From: Chlorokybus atmophyticus
Lineage: Eukaryota; Plantae; Mesostigma and Chlorokybus algae
NCBI GenBank assembly: GCA_009103225.1
Contig: RHPI01003389.1
Coordinates: 496,001-560,000 of the forward strand
DNA: 64,000 bases
Direction: 5' to 3'
Of this stretch, positions 1-12,700 are shown piece by piece. A program made the translations under genes and the position numbers. Each line of letters starts with the position of its first letter. Position 1 is the stretch's first letter. The notes under the pieces were generated by a model. The model made no database searches. It was given only the letters and a program-made list of their open reading frames with translations, and was not told where the DNA came from.

Positions 1-85
1 GTAAGCATTGATTGCATGACCCAATCGCATGCGCCGCGTACCCTGCGTATTGCTTGCCTGAACCCACGCTTGGGCTCCGCATCAG

Positions 86-259
86 GCCGGTAAAGCCAAC
101 TTGCTCAATGAGAACATTATCATCCCGGTCCCGGCCGCCGAGGCGGTTCAGCTGGAGGCCTCTGGTGCAGAGTATGGCCCCAGCTTCAACATCACCAATC
201 TGGGCACAGGGCTCCCCATTGGACCCTACGAGAACGTCATTGTGCCGCAAAGCCCTTAA
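86..259 (+). CDS. Terminal exon of an unknown gene that starts before the window
   Basis: Window opens with donor-like GTAAGC at 1. CAG acceptor at 83-85 is followed by 58 open codons (AGKANLLNENIIIPVPAAEAVQLEASGAEYGPSFNITNLGTGLPIGPYENVIVPQSP*) ending in TAA at 257-259. Family not recognised. Confidence 0.5.
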   Translation, partial: AGKANLLNENIIIPVPAAEAVQLEASGAEYGPSFNITNLGTGLPIGPYENVIVPQSP

Positions 260-1393
260 GAGAACATATGTGGTGGGGCAACAGTGCTGCTGCCCACATT
301 TTTAGCTCTCTTGCGCTTTAAAGCGCATGCTCAGCCATCACGTGATACACTACCAATGGTTGTTTTGTGTTATGTTGTCTAGGGCTGCTTGCCGATTTGG
401 TCGTGGTACGACCTCCACAGTGTGACATGCATGTGATTGTAGTGCGTGCAGCCGTAGCAGTTGAGTGTTGAAACGTTTGTGTACCGTGCTGTGTAACATG
501 ACATCAAAGGTGTTGCAGACTGTGTGCATCATTGCCTTGGTACTGCCAATACACATCTGAACCCTCTGTTTTCCTTTTGCTTTGCATGCCTCCCTCCAAC
601 TAGTTGTGCAGATATGATGCTTCAATACAACGATACCATCCAGACAGGAACCACTACCCCTTGTGCTTGGTCGTGACGGCAGTGCCCGGCTGGGCCCCAT
701 TGCCCATGCCTGCACCGACAACAAAAGAGGACACATTGCTGGCAGCCGTGCAGTGTAGTTGCATGCTGTGCATTGTGGTGTGTGGAGTAGGCAAGGGGTG
801 CGGTAATTAAGCACGAACACACACTTGCTGTACTAGTATTGAGAGGAAGGCTTGTGCTTGTGCCAAGTCATGGCAATATCTGGATGTTAACACTTGCGTC
901 TTTGATGACGAGCATATATTGTCGGGTGGTAAGCAGCAATAGCAACTCCGGTAGCAAAACAAACAGCCAACCTCCTAACCCATCCTGGGCGTTCTGCTCT
1001 TGCACTACCCTGCTTCGCAAGGGGCCATGGCACAGCGTTAACACCAACATGCAAGTATGCGCAGCAGCAGTGCATTATACATGCAGGGAAGGGAGCACCA
1101 AGCTGTTGGTCCTGCACACTTCAGCGCACCTCGATGATCTGAGCATCCTAGTCATACGCACCAACAAAGCTGCAATGTCAGCTGAGGCACATGTGTGGCA
1201 TCATGGAGATGATGATACAACAGTTGGCTGCTTCCCAACGCAGTACTACCCAACACAGTCCAACCCTAGCATTGTTTATCTATGCGCGGCCAATACCATA
1301 CGCGGTCTAGCACCTTCCCTACATACAGCGAGCAACAACCTTGTTAAGCAATGCCTGCAGAGTGTGCAACACTGCAGGCAGGAGCTGGCACAC

Positions 1394-4300
1394 TCATACC
1401 ATGTCATCGCGCTTATCAACATCATCTACGACAGCCTCCTCGATGTCCTCGTGTTCTTCATCATCATCCGTCTGCTGCTTGGCAAACGATATAAAAACCT
1501 GCTCCAGGCTGCTCTGACTAACAGCGTAATCAGATATGCCGAGTGCCACGCGGTTGCTCTCAACAGCCCTAAACACGGCCGCTAAGGAGAGGTTCTTCAT
1601 GGGTAGCTGGTACTTGACGCGCTCCCCGTGATGCTCCACAAGCGTGGCGCTCGGGAAGGTGTCTTTGACAAACGCGCGCACGTCCCCCGCGGCTTTGATC
1701 TCAAGGTGGTAACCCTCGCCAAAGCGCGACTTTAGGTGCTGCGGGGAGCCCACGCACACAAGCCGCCCCGCCACCATAATGCCGAGGCGGCCGCACAGTG
1801 CCTCGCACTCCTCCATCGAGTGCGTGGTGAGAATCACACTGCGGCCGCGCGTGGTAGCCGACACCACCGCCCACATGCTGCGCCGCGCAGCCGGATCCAT
1901 ACCTGCACGGGACGTCCCCACCATTAGTCAACAGCAATGAACACTGCAGGATGTAACACGATCACCCATAATGCATACCTGAGCTTGGTTCGTCCAAGAA
2001 CACCGCTGAGGGATCCCCAACAAGAGCCATAGCTAGTGAGAGCTTGCGCTTGTTGCCCCCAGAGTAAGTGCCTGAGATGTATTGGATGAATGTTTACACA
2101 TATCTCGAAGTCTGTGGTACATGACACAACGATACAACAGCAGACCCGGGTGCCCACTACTATGCTCATCGTACCTGAAAGGCGGTCTGCAAACTCCCAC
2201 AGGCCAACCGCGCGCACGATGCCATCCACAGCAAACGGGACAGCGCTCTCTGGGATTCCCTTGAGTCTGGAGTACATGCGCAGCTGCTCGCGTGCGGTCA
2301 TCAGGTCCAGAATGGGGTCAAACTGGGGACAGTAGCCAATGTGCTGGCGCACGCGGGTGATATCGTGCCGAACAGAGTGACCAGCGATGTATGCGTCGCC
2401 AGATGAAGGCTTGATGTCGCCTGTGAGGATGGACAGCGTGGTGGTCTTGCCCGCGCCGTTCACGCCGAGGAGACCAAAGCACTCGTCGACAGGGATGCCA
2501 AAGGTGAGGTCCACCACGGCCGGCCTCTTGTGCGCCGCATACACCTTGTTCAGGCGTTTGATGACCACGCTGTCGTTGTCGGCGAGCCCCTGATCGACGC
2601 GCTCACGCTCCCGCGCAACGTCCACATCATCAGCTTCACCAACGCTGGCGGCCCAGCCCTTGGCTCCTCCAGCGCGTGTGCTCTTCCAGTGCCCGCGATA
2701 GTGGCAGTACAACGACTTGAGGGCGTCGAGGACGCTTCCCACCACGCCGCTTTCCAACATGACGGTGAGGATGAAAAAGCCCACTGCTTCACAGCCCAAA
2801 TACAACAGCGGCCTCCCGAGTATGTCCATTGATAAGGGAGAGGTGGCGTAGTCCTCGGCGTCTTCACGCAAGTCCAGCGAGGACAGAGCAATGAGACCTT
2901 CACCCAGATTGAAGGGTGGCAGGAGGCGATAGAACCGCACGAGCACGTCATTAAGGCCGCGGGTCTCGGGGATGCCCGCCATGACAACGGAAGCCACGAT
3001 CATGACAAAGCCCGCAATAAAATGCAGGCCCGATATGGCCACCTGCGCCGCGCTGTGGCTCTGAAACGCGAACGAATAGCAGTATGATAAGGGTATCACT
3101 GCCAGGCCGTAGAACACAAGCAAAGCCAGCGCGCCCGCGCCCTTGGCAAAGGAGCCTATGAGACCCTTATCACCGTATAACAGGAACACTATCATGCTCG
3201 CGATAGCGATGACAATGTAGTTCAGGACGTCCCACAAGTATGTCGCGCTCCAGTATGCCAGCGGGCTGCATCCCGACACGAGCTGGAGGTGGAGGGCTTT
3301 GGTGGTGCGCTCACGCACGATGAACACTGCGAACGTCGCTGCCAGGTAGCAGAAGGGTACCAACACGAACAAACCCGCCAGCACGGTCAGATAGGTCTGG
3401 ATCGTAAGAGCTTCGCGCGGGGTGAGAGGCATAGGGTGGCTTCGCACTGTCAACATCGCAGTGGGGTTGCCCGTCACACCTGCGACAAACACGTGTTGCT
3501 TTGCCGTAGGACAAAAACAACACCACATGGCAAGCAATTAAGTTCTTACGTCTGTAATCGGCTTGACGCAGTTCGTTGATGAAAGCCGGGAACGCGTGGT
3601 AGCTGGAGGTGTTGTGCAAGATGGTGAGATCTGTCCGTAGCCCCTGACCAAAGGGACCCGTGCGCCAGGACGATATCTCCGCCGACACATTGTCCAGAGC
3701 CATCTGCTTCTGCGCAGGGTCAATATTCACTTCGGTGCCGTTGATGTCAGTGGGGAGGTCCGCGCTGCGAGCGAGTTCAACGAGCGCCAGCAACGCACTC
3801 TGGTCCTGAGAGATATTGTAGCTCTGCAGGATGGTGTCGTTGTACACGAGGGCGGCGTAGCGCGGGACCGCGCTCACGCCAAGTTGATCAAGGAGGTAGA
3901 GACTCATGCCCAAGCTGTCGGACACACTGTCACCCACGGCCTCAATGTCGACTGCGTGACGCCCGTTCTTCCTCACGCCGATGTCTGCAAGCCTGTCGGT
4001 GCTGATGCCGGCAACGGGCAGCAGCGTGGGTGCCTTCGCGCGCAACGAGTCTGGAGAGTAGATGGCGGAGCTGAGCTCCAGAGACGGCCCCGCGGGGTTG
4101 ATGTCCAGCTTGAGGATGAGCAGCACAAGAGCGATGACAGCAACAGGTAGGGCTATTGCATGCAGAGCACCCTATGCAAAAAACACGAATGTGAGCACGA
4201 CATCACTATACACATGAGCACTTAATACGACGCAAGCTCTCACCTTGATGTCACGCTTTGCGATGATGACACGCTTCCTGAACACCTCCTTGGCTGCCCT

Positions 4301-7300
4301 CCAGAAGCCTCTTGTACTGGAACGTGTGGTGTCGGCCACGGCATACCCAACCACGTGGTCCTCCGTGTCAACCTGTTGGGAAGTTGTGTCGGCGCAAGTG
4401 TCCTCGTCTTTGGTGTGGTAAGCCAGATTATCATTGGATAGGCGCAGGAAGACGTCCTCAAGGGTGGTCATGGACACTCCGTAGCTGCCGACAGATAGCG
4501 CCTCGCGCTTGCCTTCAAGCTCCTCGAACAGAGCCGGGAAGGAAGCCGTGGCTGTGACGGGGATGGAGTAGGTGATCTCGCCGCTGTTGCTCTTCTTGCT
4601 CGTGTTGACGGCGGCGTCCCCAACGTGGCGCTGCACGAGGGCGGCGACGCCACTAACATCGGAGACCCCGGCGTCCCCGCGTGTAAGCGTGAGGGTGTAC
4701 CCAACGCCGTAACGTGACTTGAGGAAAAGGGAGCTCCCGCAGCAGCGCAGCTTGCCCTCACTCACGATGGCGATGCGGTCGCAGAGGATGTCCGCCTCGT
4801 CCATGTAGTGTGTGGTGAGCACGAGCGTGCGCCCGGCCTTGTACTTCTTCAGCAGCTCCCACATGGCGCGGCGCGAGTGCGGGTCCATCCCGCTCGTCGG
4901 CTCGTCCAGCAGGACCACACGGCTGTCGCCAATCAGCGCAATTGCCACCTGCAGCTTGCGCTTCATCCCGCCCGAGAGCGCGGACGCCTTCTCATCGAGT
5001 TTGTCCGTGAGTCCCACGCCCGCAGCGAGCTCATCCACGGCGGCATCCACCTTGCCACTACCCTTCATGCCCTTGATGGCAGCGTACAGCCGCAGGTGCT
5101 CCCTCACTGTAAGGTTGGAGAACAGGACGTTATGTTGCGGGCACACGCCCACATGCGACCGCGCGAGGGCAAGCTGTGCAACGATAGAGTGCCCATGGAT
5201 CAAGCAATCTCCCGCGGTGGGCGGCGTGAGACCCGTCAGGATCGAGATAGCCGTCGTCTTGCCCGCGCCGTTGTGGCCAAGCAGCGCTGTGATGTGGCCC
5301 GAGTATATGTTCAAGTCGAGGTCGTTGACGGCCACCTTTGCGCCGTACACTTTCTTCAATCCTTTCATGGACACGGATGGCGAGCCCCAACCCTCCGGCA
5401 CAGGCTCAAAGTCTGGATTGCTTGAGGCTGTGCCACCTGGGGAGGCCACCTCAACGTCATACCCGTCATCATCACGCACGCGCTCGTAGATGCCGTTATG
5501 GGCCTTCAAGCGGGATGAATTTGGCCACCAATACGACTTCTTGAACAGAAACAGAGGCGGCAGCTGCGCTCCATACTCGCTTGGCAACACCTTGTCCAAA
5601 TACCTGTACATGCACGCAAGCTTCATCAGATTGCAAGCACTCTCCAATGAGTTCTTGCAAGCCAGGACGACACGTGCAAGCCTTACCATGCGAGCGCCGC
5701 GTACAGGAATGTGTCAAACAGCATGAGCGCCATAATCCACGCGAGAGGGAACTCCGTCTCCCCGATATCCCTCCATGTCAGGCCAATGTCTGCACCTTCA
5801 TACTGCATACAAGCAGCTGAGTCAATACCAGCACCGCTCATGAGACCCTTCACAAGCAGTGGGAACCGCCTTACCTGCGCAAAGAGGTCCGCTCCAAATG
5901 TAAATGCTGTTGGGGAGAGCAGAGAAACGAGTGATTTGCCTGCGAGTGCCTGCGTGGATGCGGATCGGAAGAACAGGTAGCGCGGGAGTATGGAGATGAA
6001 GTGTATCATCGGGGCGGCAATGGCGGCCAGCTTGGCCTTGGAGAAGAAGGTGGACACCAGGAAGGCGAAGGGGATCTCGGAGATGGCGTAGAGGAACAAG
6101 AAGGCGAAGATGAGCGTCGGGGAGGAGTTGGGGAGGAAGGAGAACGTGACGAGGAGGGTGATGGCGAGCGTGGCGAGCATGAAGATCGCCACATACGTTG
6201 CCGCCCATGCCGAGTAGAACACCCACGTCTTCAGCCCCATGATCGCCATCGTCTCCTTCGCGCGCGTCTCCTTCTCCTCCACAATGCCCCGCACCAGCAT
6301 GGCCAGCGGGTACAGCGTGGATATGCACACAACAAGTCCAAGCAGCGGCCCAACTGCATGACACATGCAAGAGATGAAAAACAGAGTGCTGTACTGGGTT
6401 CAGAGTAACACACACGTTTACCCAGAGAACAAGTGAAGTCGCCCAACATACCTGCATCGTAGAAGAAGTTGTGTCGGTAGTTGCCGATGGGGAATGGTAC
6501 ACCCCAGACGGTGCGAGGAAGTAGGGCGGGGCCGCTGAGGATGTTGTTGTGCTGGTCCTGCGTAAGGATGGCGTCGTCCACAGCCCGCTGCAGGCTCAAG
6601 AACCCGCTGGTGTAGTACTGGCGGTAGTCGCGCCTGAGATCGTGATGCCAGCGGTCGATGGGTCGCCACGTGCGCGGCACCGTCGTGTAGTTCAACCTCA
6701 GGCTGTAATCCACTACGCCCTCATCCGCGCCGCCCAACTCGTTGAACACGACCACCGCCCATACCACTTCCCCGCCCAACGCGTAAGCCAGAGCCTCCTT
6801 CTCAGTGGCAAACTCCCCAGCGTACACCTCGTCGAAGAACACGCTCTGCTGTTTCATTGTGCCTGCAATGGACTGCACCCTCTCATCGTTCGGTACAAAG
6901 ACCACGCGCCCGAGCTCGAGGAGGTTGCCTGCAATACACGCCATGTGGTTAGCAAAGAGCACCATCAGTGCAGACATGTTAGCACTGACAGTGGTTGACA
7001 AGTATAATTGCAAACCGCTATACACCTGCAGAACTGTGAGTGTTAATTGCACGACAACACGGTTGATGGAAGGGTACTTACCAAAGAGGTTGCCAAAATG
7101 CTGCTGGGACCTGACCGCCTGATCAAACTTGCCCTGCGATCACACGCTCAAAATGGGTCATGCATGTGCATGTCTGTCAAACAACTTGTGCATGACAGCG
7201 TGCTGACCAAACCTGCGCCACGAGGATGGCCTTAAGAGCTTTGTGTAGCAGCACAAACGCATCGAGGGAAGGCACCGGCAGCGGCCCGTTGCTCCTTAAA

Positions 7301-8183
7301 GCCCGCGACAGCGTGTCCATCACGTCCGTTGACGAGTTCAAGCACGCCAGCAATGCGAGAATCGGGTCTGCCCCTGCAGGCCTGAGGCGGAAAGACGATT
7401 TGAGTGTCACAAGTACACTCACAAGTCAATACGACCGTTGAACTCACCCCAACTCTTGCATGTTTTCAGCAAGCAGGTCTTTAAGCATGTCGGGGTTGGC
7501 GAAGGCGGCGGCGGGGTTGGCAGCCACAGCTTGGAACACGCGCATCCACGCCGCCGTGATCGCCACTGTATCTGCCGGTGAGCCTCCTTGCATGGCTGCG
7601 CTCTCGTACGCGCTCAACATGCAACCGTTTACCAACTGCTCCGGATGCTGCAGGACAGCAAAGACGCACCACGTGAGCTCAAGCAGTACACGCCCATGAC
7701 TGCATGCAGGCATGTACACGCATACATACACGTGCGTGCGTGCCTGCGGCGTGTGCCCGCGCATGTGTGTGTGTGCACATGGGGCTTGCCCGCGCGCATA
7801 CGTCTGTATGTCCAAGAGTGCGCTCTTAAGTGCACCTGAACGGCGGTGTGGAGGTTGTCAAAGAAGGGGACGGTGTCGTTGGCATAAACTTGGGCGGGGT
7901 GGTATGTGTAGTGGGACTTGTGGTAGGCGTAAATGAGTAGGAGTATAAGAAGAGCCGGGGAGAGCAGCTCCAGCAGAGTCTGTTGCCAGTTGCGCGTCTT
8001 CAGCAGCCACTGCCGCCTCAACATCGCCGCCAGCTGCCGCCTCCCCCGCCCCCTCTCCTCGCGCACAGCCCGCGCGTCGTCGCCGCTAAAGCTCGCAGCA
8101 ACACTCGTCGTCATGGCAGCGTTGGGTTGCGAGTGCCGGTGTTGCTGCTGCTGACGGAGCTGCTCTGTCATTTCTGTCTCCAT
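1394..8183 (-). CDS. ABCA1: Full-size ABCA-subfamily ABC transporter (TMD-NBD-TMD-NBD), multi-exon
   Basis: NBD1: [40 protein letters not shown] (4172-5689). NBD2: [38 protein letters not shown] (1394-2600). ABCA N-terminal motif [25 protein letters not shown] introns seen. Start ATG at 8183 is a best guess. Confidence 0.95.
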
Positions 8184-9439
8184 ACCACACCACACTGCCC
8201 TTCACACCCGCAATCTGCACGCAACAACAGAAGCCTCATGTGAGGGAGCGCTTCTGCAAGCACGCAAACATACCGCAATTGCATGCAGACATGACTAGCA
8301 AAGGAACGCAGCTGCTGCTACATTGAGAGCAGCTGCTGGGAATGTCTGGTGAGGGCGGGAAGATTTCATCTCAGTAATCCAACAGCGCTTACTAGTGGCA
8401 GCCAAAAGCCAAGATCAGCATGCACAGCAGTGTTGACAGCTCGACCGCTGAGTGCTCATGTGCGTTTCTCCCACGCGATCTGACATCGACATGCCATGAG
8501 ACGCTACCAGAAGTCCAGCCACCCAACTAGCAACCTGGCTTCACAAAAATAGTTGCAAACTGCTGTCTTAACCTGCTATCAGACTCATGCACCTTCCCCC
8601 ATCGTTCAACATGGCACAACAGGATTGCGCTGCTTAAAAAGAGTTCATCAAGGCACTATTCCGTGTCCAAGTCTAACTATACGTATACCAAGAATGCAAA
8701 CAGCAGTTGGGCAGGTATGTACTTGAGGCGGTGTTGACGCTTTGAGACAGGCATCAAGCACTGGGCGATTGGCACAAACGCAGTCGCAGCCAAATCAACA
8801 CTTGCTCTGACAGCTGCTCTATTATCGTTGTTCTCGCTTGAGCAGCCAGCGGGCTTCTCCAACCTAGCATACCTTGACTGGCCAACGACAACGCAAGAGC
8901 AGCCAACAAAAAGCATTCTTCACGAGTTGTGTGATGTTGTTGTGGACGATTATTTTTGTATCAATTGCTCTGACTTGATCAGCACTTCATCTCGCCAATC
9001 ATCATCCACTAGCATCAAACACCTGCTTTCCAGCCGCCCTCTCTCCCGTCAACACTGGCGCTTCTCACGCCTGTTCATGTCCCAGCCCAACACGCGCGCA
9101 TCCTCCCACTCCCCAGCAGCACCAGCGCCCCTTCCCGCCTGCATGACCCACAGCCGCACACAGGCCTGGCTGCCTCCGCCGTCTGGCGCGCGCCTTGGCA
9201 AGGGCGGCGGTGGCAGCGCCGGCAGCGGCGGCGACAACGTCGCCTGCTTTCGCCACGTGTCCAGTGTGGACCAAAAGGTGGCACTTATGACAGCAAACTT
9301 CCGGTACGCACCAGTACCATACGCTGCGTACCGCACGCAAGGGGAAAGATTCTCCTTCCTTCCATTGTCGCGAAAGCAGACTGTTCGATCCGGCGCCGCG
9401 CATACCCCCAGAACCGAGCCGGATCGGCGGAACCAAAAT

Positions 9440-9481
9440 CCTAAGCCTAAGCCTAAGCCTAAGCCTAAGCCTAAGCCCAAG
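9440..9481. repeat. (CCTAAG)6 plus one degenerate CCCAAG unit, telomere-like hexamer array
   Basis: Read directly; lies between the divergent ABCA and myosin genes. Confidence 0.9.
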
Positions 9482-9746
9482 CCCACAATGTGTCATCAGC
9501 CCTAAATTAGGCAGGCCGAAAGGGGCCTTCAGCGAGAGCTGTGTGGGGAGCACGTGATGACGACAACGACGATCCCCTGGGCGGCGGCGGGAGGGAAGTG
9601 GTGAAGGGCTGCCAGGCTTACTAGTGGTGACACGCAGGAAGAGATATGAGGGGAGATAAGAGTGATGGGTAGCAGTGGTTATCAGTAGTGGTACTAGCAG
9701 TGACGACAACGAGCGAGAGGGTGGGTTGTTTGTTGGGTGCGCAAGG

Positions 9747-12700
9747 ATGTCGCGGCCTGCGCCGGGAAGCCCTTCAGGAAGAAGTAAGCGAGCTCTGTGT
9801 GGTGACACTGTGCACCGATTTGTAATGTACACGCACGCAGCACCTTGCAGCTTGCATTGTGCAGAGGACTGAGCCAGTTGCCATGAGGTACAAAACTCAG
9901 CCGCGCATAGCACAGTCTCAGCAACCAGTCCGCACGCAGACAGCTTGATGCTGCCCTGTCAGCAAACTACAAATTCATCCTGCCTCTAGTAGATCAGCAG
10001 ACACATTGCGAATCCGACTGCATCACCATCATTAACACAAGCATCGTCATCGTCACCATCTGATTGTTGTAAAATCATGTTCTGTTCTCCCACCCCTGCA
10101 CCCAGATGGCACTCCCCCTCGCTCTCGCCAGTCTTCAACGACAACCACCACCCCATCGAGCTCCTTTGGCCTCCCCTCTTCCTCCTCCCCCAGCACGAGC
10201 ACGCTCTCCCGTCCCGGCCCCCGCCACCGCCTCTCCTCCTCGTGGGGTTCCGCGCAGGACGGGGCGTGGCTCAAGAAGGACGTGCGCGTGTGGGTGTTGC
10301 TGTTGGGAGTGGGTCAAAGAGGAGGAGGAGGAGAGAGTGGTGATGAGGGTGGAGGAGCAGCGCAGTGGGTTGGCGGGAGCGTGGTTGGGGTCGATGACGC
10401 CAGCGGGGCCGTGGGAGTAATGTTAGATGGTGAGGGTAAGAAGGTTGTGAAGTTGGACAGGAGCGAGGTGATGCCTGCCAACCCCCCCATGCTCGAGGCT
10501 GTCGAGGACCTGACCCAACTCAGCTTCCTCAACGAGCCGTCGGTGCTGCACGCGCTGAGGCTGAGATACGCCGAGGACGAGATATACACGCGCGCGGGAC
10601 CCGTCCTCATCGCGGTCAACCCGTTCAGGAAGCTGGAGCATCTCTATACAAGTGACAAAGCGGAAATGTACAGGGCGCGAGCGGAGGGGTCGGAAGCACC
10701 GCACGTGTTCCATACAGCGGACTCGGCCTTCCAAGCCATGATGAAGAGTAAGAGTGTGGTTGTGGCCTGTGCATGCACGTGTGTGTACGCAGGTGTGCGT
10801 GTCTGCATATGGGCGAACGCGTGTTCGTGAGAACATGCAAGCATGCGTGCATGTGCGCGCGTGTGCGTGTGCGTGCTTTTGTAAGAGAGCATGCGCACAT
10901 GTGTGTGCTGGGTCGTCAGCATTTCCTTTCCATGCAATACAAAGCTGACCTGACAGAGGACTGCACACAAGTGACATCTCTTTCGTGTTGCTTTGTGCAG
11001 ATGGAACCAACCAGTCGCTCATCATCAGCGGTGAATCGGGTGCTGGTAAGACGGAGACGGCCAAGATCGCGATGCGTTACCTTGCTTCTCTTGGTTCGAC
11101 GGACGGTTACAACGGCGGTGCGGCCCTCATCGAGGACGAGATCCTCGGCACCAACCCCATCCTGGAGGCATTTGGCAACGCCAAGACGCTGCGCAACAAC
11201 AACTCCTCGCGCTTTGTGAGTGCAGTGGTCTTTGGGTTGCTTCGCATGCTCTTACTCATTCGTCCGTCTCACACGAGAGTGCATTTGTGACAGGGTAAAC
11301 TCATCGACATACACTTTGACCCCGTCACCGGACGCATGGCTGGCGCCAACATTGAAACATGTGAGTGTGTGGCTCAACTCGCCCTTTCTTGTCAATTCGT
11401 TTTCCACACGAGCGTGAGGCTGTTTACGTGCGTGACGTGGCTCTGAACTCTCGTTCTGTTCCGTGCAGACCTGCTCGAGAAGGTAAGAGCGTCACAGGCG
11501 TTTGCACCGGTGTTGTGCAACAGGTATCAACAGAGGGTTGAAGCCCATTCAATTGCTAACTTTGTTTGCTTCGCTTGTTTTTGCGCAGTCGCGCGTGGTT
11601 CAGCAGGCTCAGGGCGAACGCTCCTACCACGTCTTCTACCAACTCTGCGCCGGCGCCGACACCTCCCTCCGCAGTAAGAAAGAGACTAGTGCTTGTGTGT
11701 GAAGCTTGTATGAGTCATGTACACATATCCATTAACAATCACCCCCAGGTTCGTTGCGTCTGCTCCCCGCCGAGCGCTACCGCTACCTGGACCAGTCCGG
11801 TTGCACCCGCGTGGACGGTACGGACGACGCGGCGGAGTTCGCTCTCCTGAGAGGGGCGCTGACGCTGTGCGGGATCGGGGAGGACGAGCAGAGGGACGCC
11901 TGGAGGCTGTTGGCGGCGATACTGTGGCTCGGGAATGTGGAGTTCGTGCAGAAGGAGGGGGATGAGGAGTCCGTACGCGCGGACAACGACGAGGGTGAGG
12001 GGCTGGATATAGTAGTACAGCGTGGTGGACCAAGTGATGCAGCGCAACACGCACACGAGCACAAAAACAAACACCCACACCCACGTGCATGCACGTATAC
12101 GCATACGCACACGCACACGTACACCGCGTGAGTGCACATGTGCGCACCCACTCTCCCCCTCCCCCTCCCCCTCACCTTTACCCTCACTCACCCTCACACC
12201 CCCGCAGCTCTCTCCACCGCCGCCTCCCTCCTCTCCGTCCCCCCCTCTTCCCTCGGCCTCGCCTTGACCGAGCGTCGCATCCACGTCCACCACGAGGTGG
12301 TCACCCAGCGCCTCCGCCTCGAACAGGCTCAGGAGTCTCGTGATGCTTTGGCGAAGGCCATCTACGCCGCGCTGTTCGGCTGGCTGGTGGATAGAGTGAA
12401 TAGAGCGCTCGCGGAGGGGAATAAGAAGAGGAGGACCGGGAGGACCATCAGTATACTGGATATATACGGGTTTGAGAGCTTTGCCAGGAATAGCTTCGAG
12501 CAGTTCTGTATCAACTATGCGAATGAACGGCTGCAGCAGCACTTCAATGGACACCTGTTCAAGCTTGAGCAGGAGGTGCGTGGGGGTGTGTAAGGGACGG
12601 TTGGCTTGGGGGTGTGGTTGGGTGGTAAATTGACACTGTGCGCGTGCAGGAGTACAGCAGGGAGGGCATTGACTGGACCAACATCGAGTTTGACGACAAC

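Noticed and set aside
839-1585. 248-aa plus-strand ORF and short minus-strand ORFs at 350-1117
   Set aside because: No recognisable motifs; partly antisense to the ABCA last exon; I could not build a consistent exon chain.
4808-5489. Long plus-strand ORFs opposite ABCA NBD1; similar ones at 14227-15051, 21453-22250 and 26840-27553
   Set aside because: Antisense shadows of GC-rich coding exons.
8677-9486. Possible small gene between ABCA and myosin
   Set aside because: ORFs are low-complexity or driven by the CCTAAG repeat; no coherent start, splice chain or homology.
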